Shown piece after piece: positions 31,105-32,000 of a stretch of DNA of 32,000 bases (positions within the stretch are counted from its first letter, which is position 1; each line of letters begins with the position of its first letter). The translations under genes and the position numbers were made by a program. The stretch is taken from positions 1,440,001 to 1,472,000 of the forward strand of contig NC_000854.2 in assembly GCF_000011125.1 (NCBI RefSeq), written 5' to 3'. Source of the stretch: Aeropyrum pernix K1. Its GTDB lineage: Archaea > Thermoproteota > Thermoprotei_A > Sulfolobales > Acidilobaceae. Below the pieces are notes generated by a model. That model had not been told where the DNA came from, searched no databases, and saw only the letters and a program-made list of their open reading frames with translations.

Positions 31105-32000
31105 GACCCCAGCACCGTCTTGAGCGAACTCCTGAGGCCCTCAACCGCAATCTCTAGGGCCTCACCCTGGTGTGGGAGGCCTGTGAATACTGCCTCCAGG
31201 TTCGAGGGAGCTATGAATACGCCCCTCCTGAGCATCTCTTCGTGGAGCTTGACGTAGAACTTCTTATCAGCTTTTCTCGCCTGGGCAGCGTTGGAAACCT
31301 CCTCGACTCCTATGAAAAGCTGCATCATGCTCTCCACCCTGTTTATAGTGTAGGGTAAGCCCGTCCTGTCGAGGACCTCGGATGCCGCCTCCTCGAGAGC
31401 CTTTGCCGCCTCCCTCGAAACACTGTAGACCGGCTCCTCCTCGAGAGCCTTCAGCGTGGCCAGCCCGGCAGCCATGGTTATGGGGTGCGCGTTGAACGTT
31501 CCCGCGTTGAACACCTTGCCCTGGGGTGTTAGGAGGCTCATCACCTCCCTAGACCCTGCTACAGCGCCGACCGGGAAGCCGCCGCCTATTATCTTGCCCA
31601 GAACAATTATGTCGCCTTCAATGTTGAAGTAGCCTTGAGCCCCTTCGAGACCGAGCCTGAACCCTGTGACCACTTCATCCAGGATCAGAAGCGCCCCACT
31701 CTCTCTGGAAAGCCTCTGGAGGGCCGCTAGGAACTCCCTGCGGGGAGGTATAACCCCAGCATTAGCTATAACGGGCTCTACTATGACTCCCGCTATCCTG
31801 TCTCCATACTCGGCGAAGACGCGTTCGAGAGCCTCGACATCGTTATACGGGGTGACGAGGGTTAGCCTGGCGACAGCCTCAGGGACCCCCGCGCTGGTAG
31901 GGACGCCGTAGTGTGCAGCCGCGCTCCCAGCTGCAACGAGCACAGCGTCGTGGCTACCGTGGTAGCACCCGTCGAACTTCAGTATGAGGTCTCTCCCAGT
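31101..32000 (-). CDS. hemL: Glutamate-1-semialdehyde 2,1-aminomutase, N-terminus beyond the window
   Basis: LILDEVVTGFRLG, GKIIGGGFPVGA and FNAGTFNAHPITMAAGLATL. The reading frame stays open to nt 32000, so the ATG at 31943 is internal. Confidence 0.9.
   Translation of the reverse strand, partial: TGRDLILKFDGCYHGSHDAVLVAAGSAAAHYGVPTSAGVPEAVARLTLVTPYNDVEALERVFAEYGDRIAGVIVEPVIANAGVIPPRREFLAALQRLSRESGALLILDEVVTGFRLGLEGAQGYFNIEGDIIVLGKIIGGGFPVGAVAGSREVMSLLTPQGKVFNAGTFNAHPITMAAGLATLKALEEEPVYSVSREAAKALEEAASEVLDRTGLPYTINRVESMMQLFIGVEEVSNAAQARKADKKFYVKLHEEMLRRGVFIAPSNLEAVFTGLPHQGEALEIAVEGLRSSLKTVLGS

Noticed and set aside
1-32000. Scan for CRISPR arrays, IS elements or transposases, integrases, toxin-antitoxin pairs and rRNA genes
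   Set aside because: I saw no regularly spaced direct repeats, no terminal inverted repeats flanking an ORF, no DDE, serine or tyrosine recombinase motifs and no rRNA-like sequence. The only repeats are short regulatory-scale motifs and Thr-codon low complexity.

Overview
This window reads as core chromosome of a GC-rich hyperthermophilic crenarchaeon, probably Aeropyrum. The 250-aa peroxiredoxin at 13440-14192 matches my memory of A. pernix ApTPx. Frequent GTG/TTG starts, TATA boxes about 25 nt upstream of starts and a C1:G72 intron-containing tRNA-Tyr fit that origin. A BLAST is needed to confirm it. I call 24 protein genes, one tRNA and two tentative guide-sRNA candidates. I saw no CRISPR array, transposase, integrase or obvious defence operon. 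Housekeeping genes include the overlapping hemL-hemC-hemA operon, thrC, ribL, an acyl-CoA synthetase, a peroxiredoxin, a CN-hydrolase, an S9 peptidase and a sugar nucleotidyltransferase. The most interesting content is as follows. (1) A two-gene module at 5563-9780 encodes a membrane-anchored thioredoxin fused to CcdA, followed by a 999-aa CcmF-type heme lyase with a ~455-aa extracytoplasmic insertion. No other ccm genes and no CXXCH client lie nearby. (2) A 0.8-kb AT-rich gap (4759-5562) carries an unlisted 34-codon ORF. It encodes a textbook classical C2H2 zinc finger with a natural His-rich tail, and a promoter-like element is duplicated upstream of it and of the Trx-CcdA gene. (3) An orphan GNAT-acetyltransferase/ABC-ATPase fusion has no permease partner. 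(4) Four secreted proteins share the architecture signal peptide, ectodomain, Thr-rich stalk, C-terminal TM anchor. One has a Lon-type (S16) protease ectodomain. (5) The acyl-CoA synthetase gene has a +1 frameshift. (6) Intergenic C/D-box-like and H/ACA-like RNA candidates are present. Several ORF-track starts look too long, and I shortened them using TATA/SD placement and homology. All family assignments are by-eye motif recognition and need HMM or BLAST confirmation.
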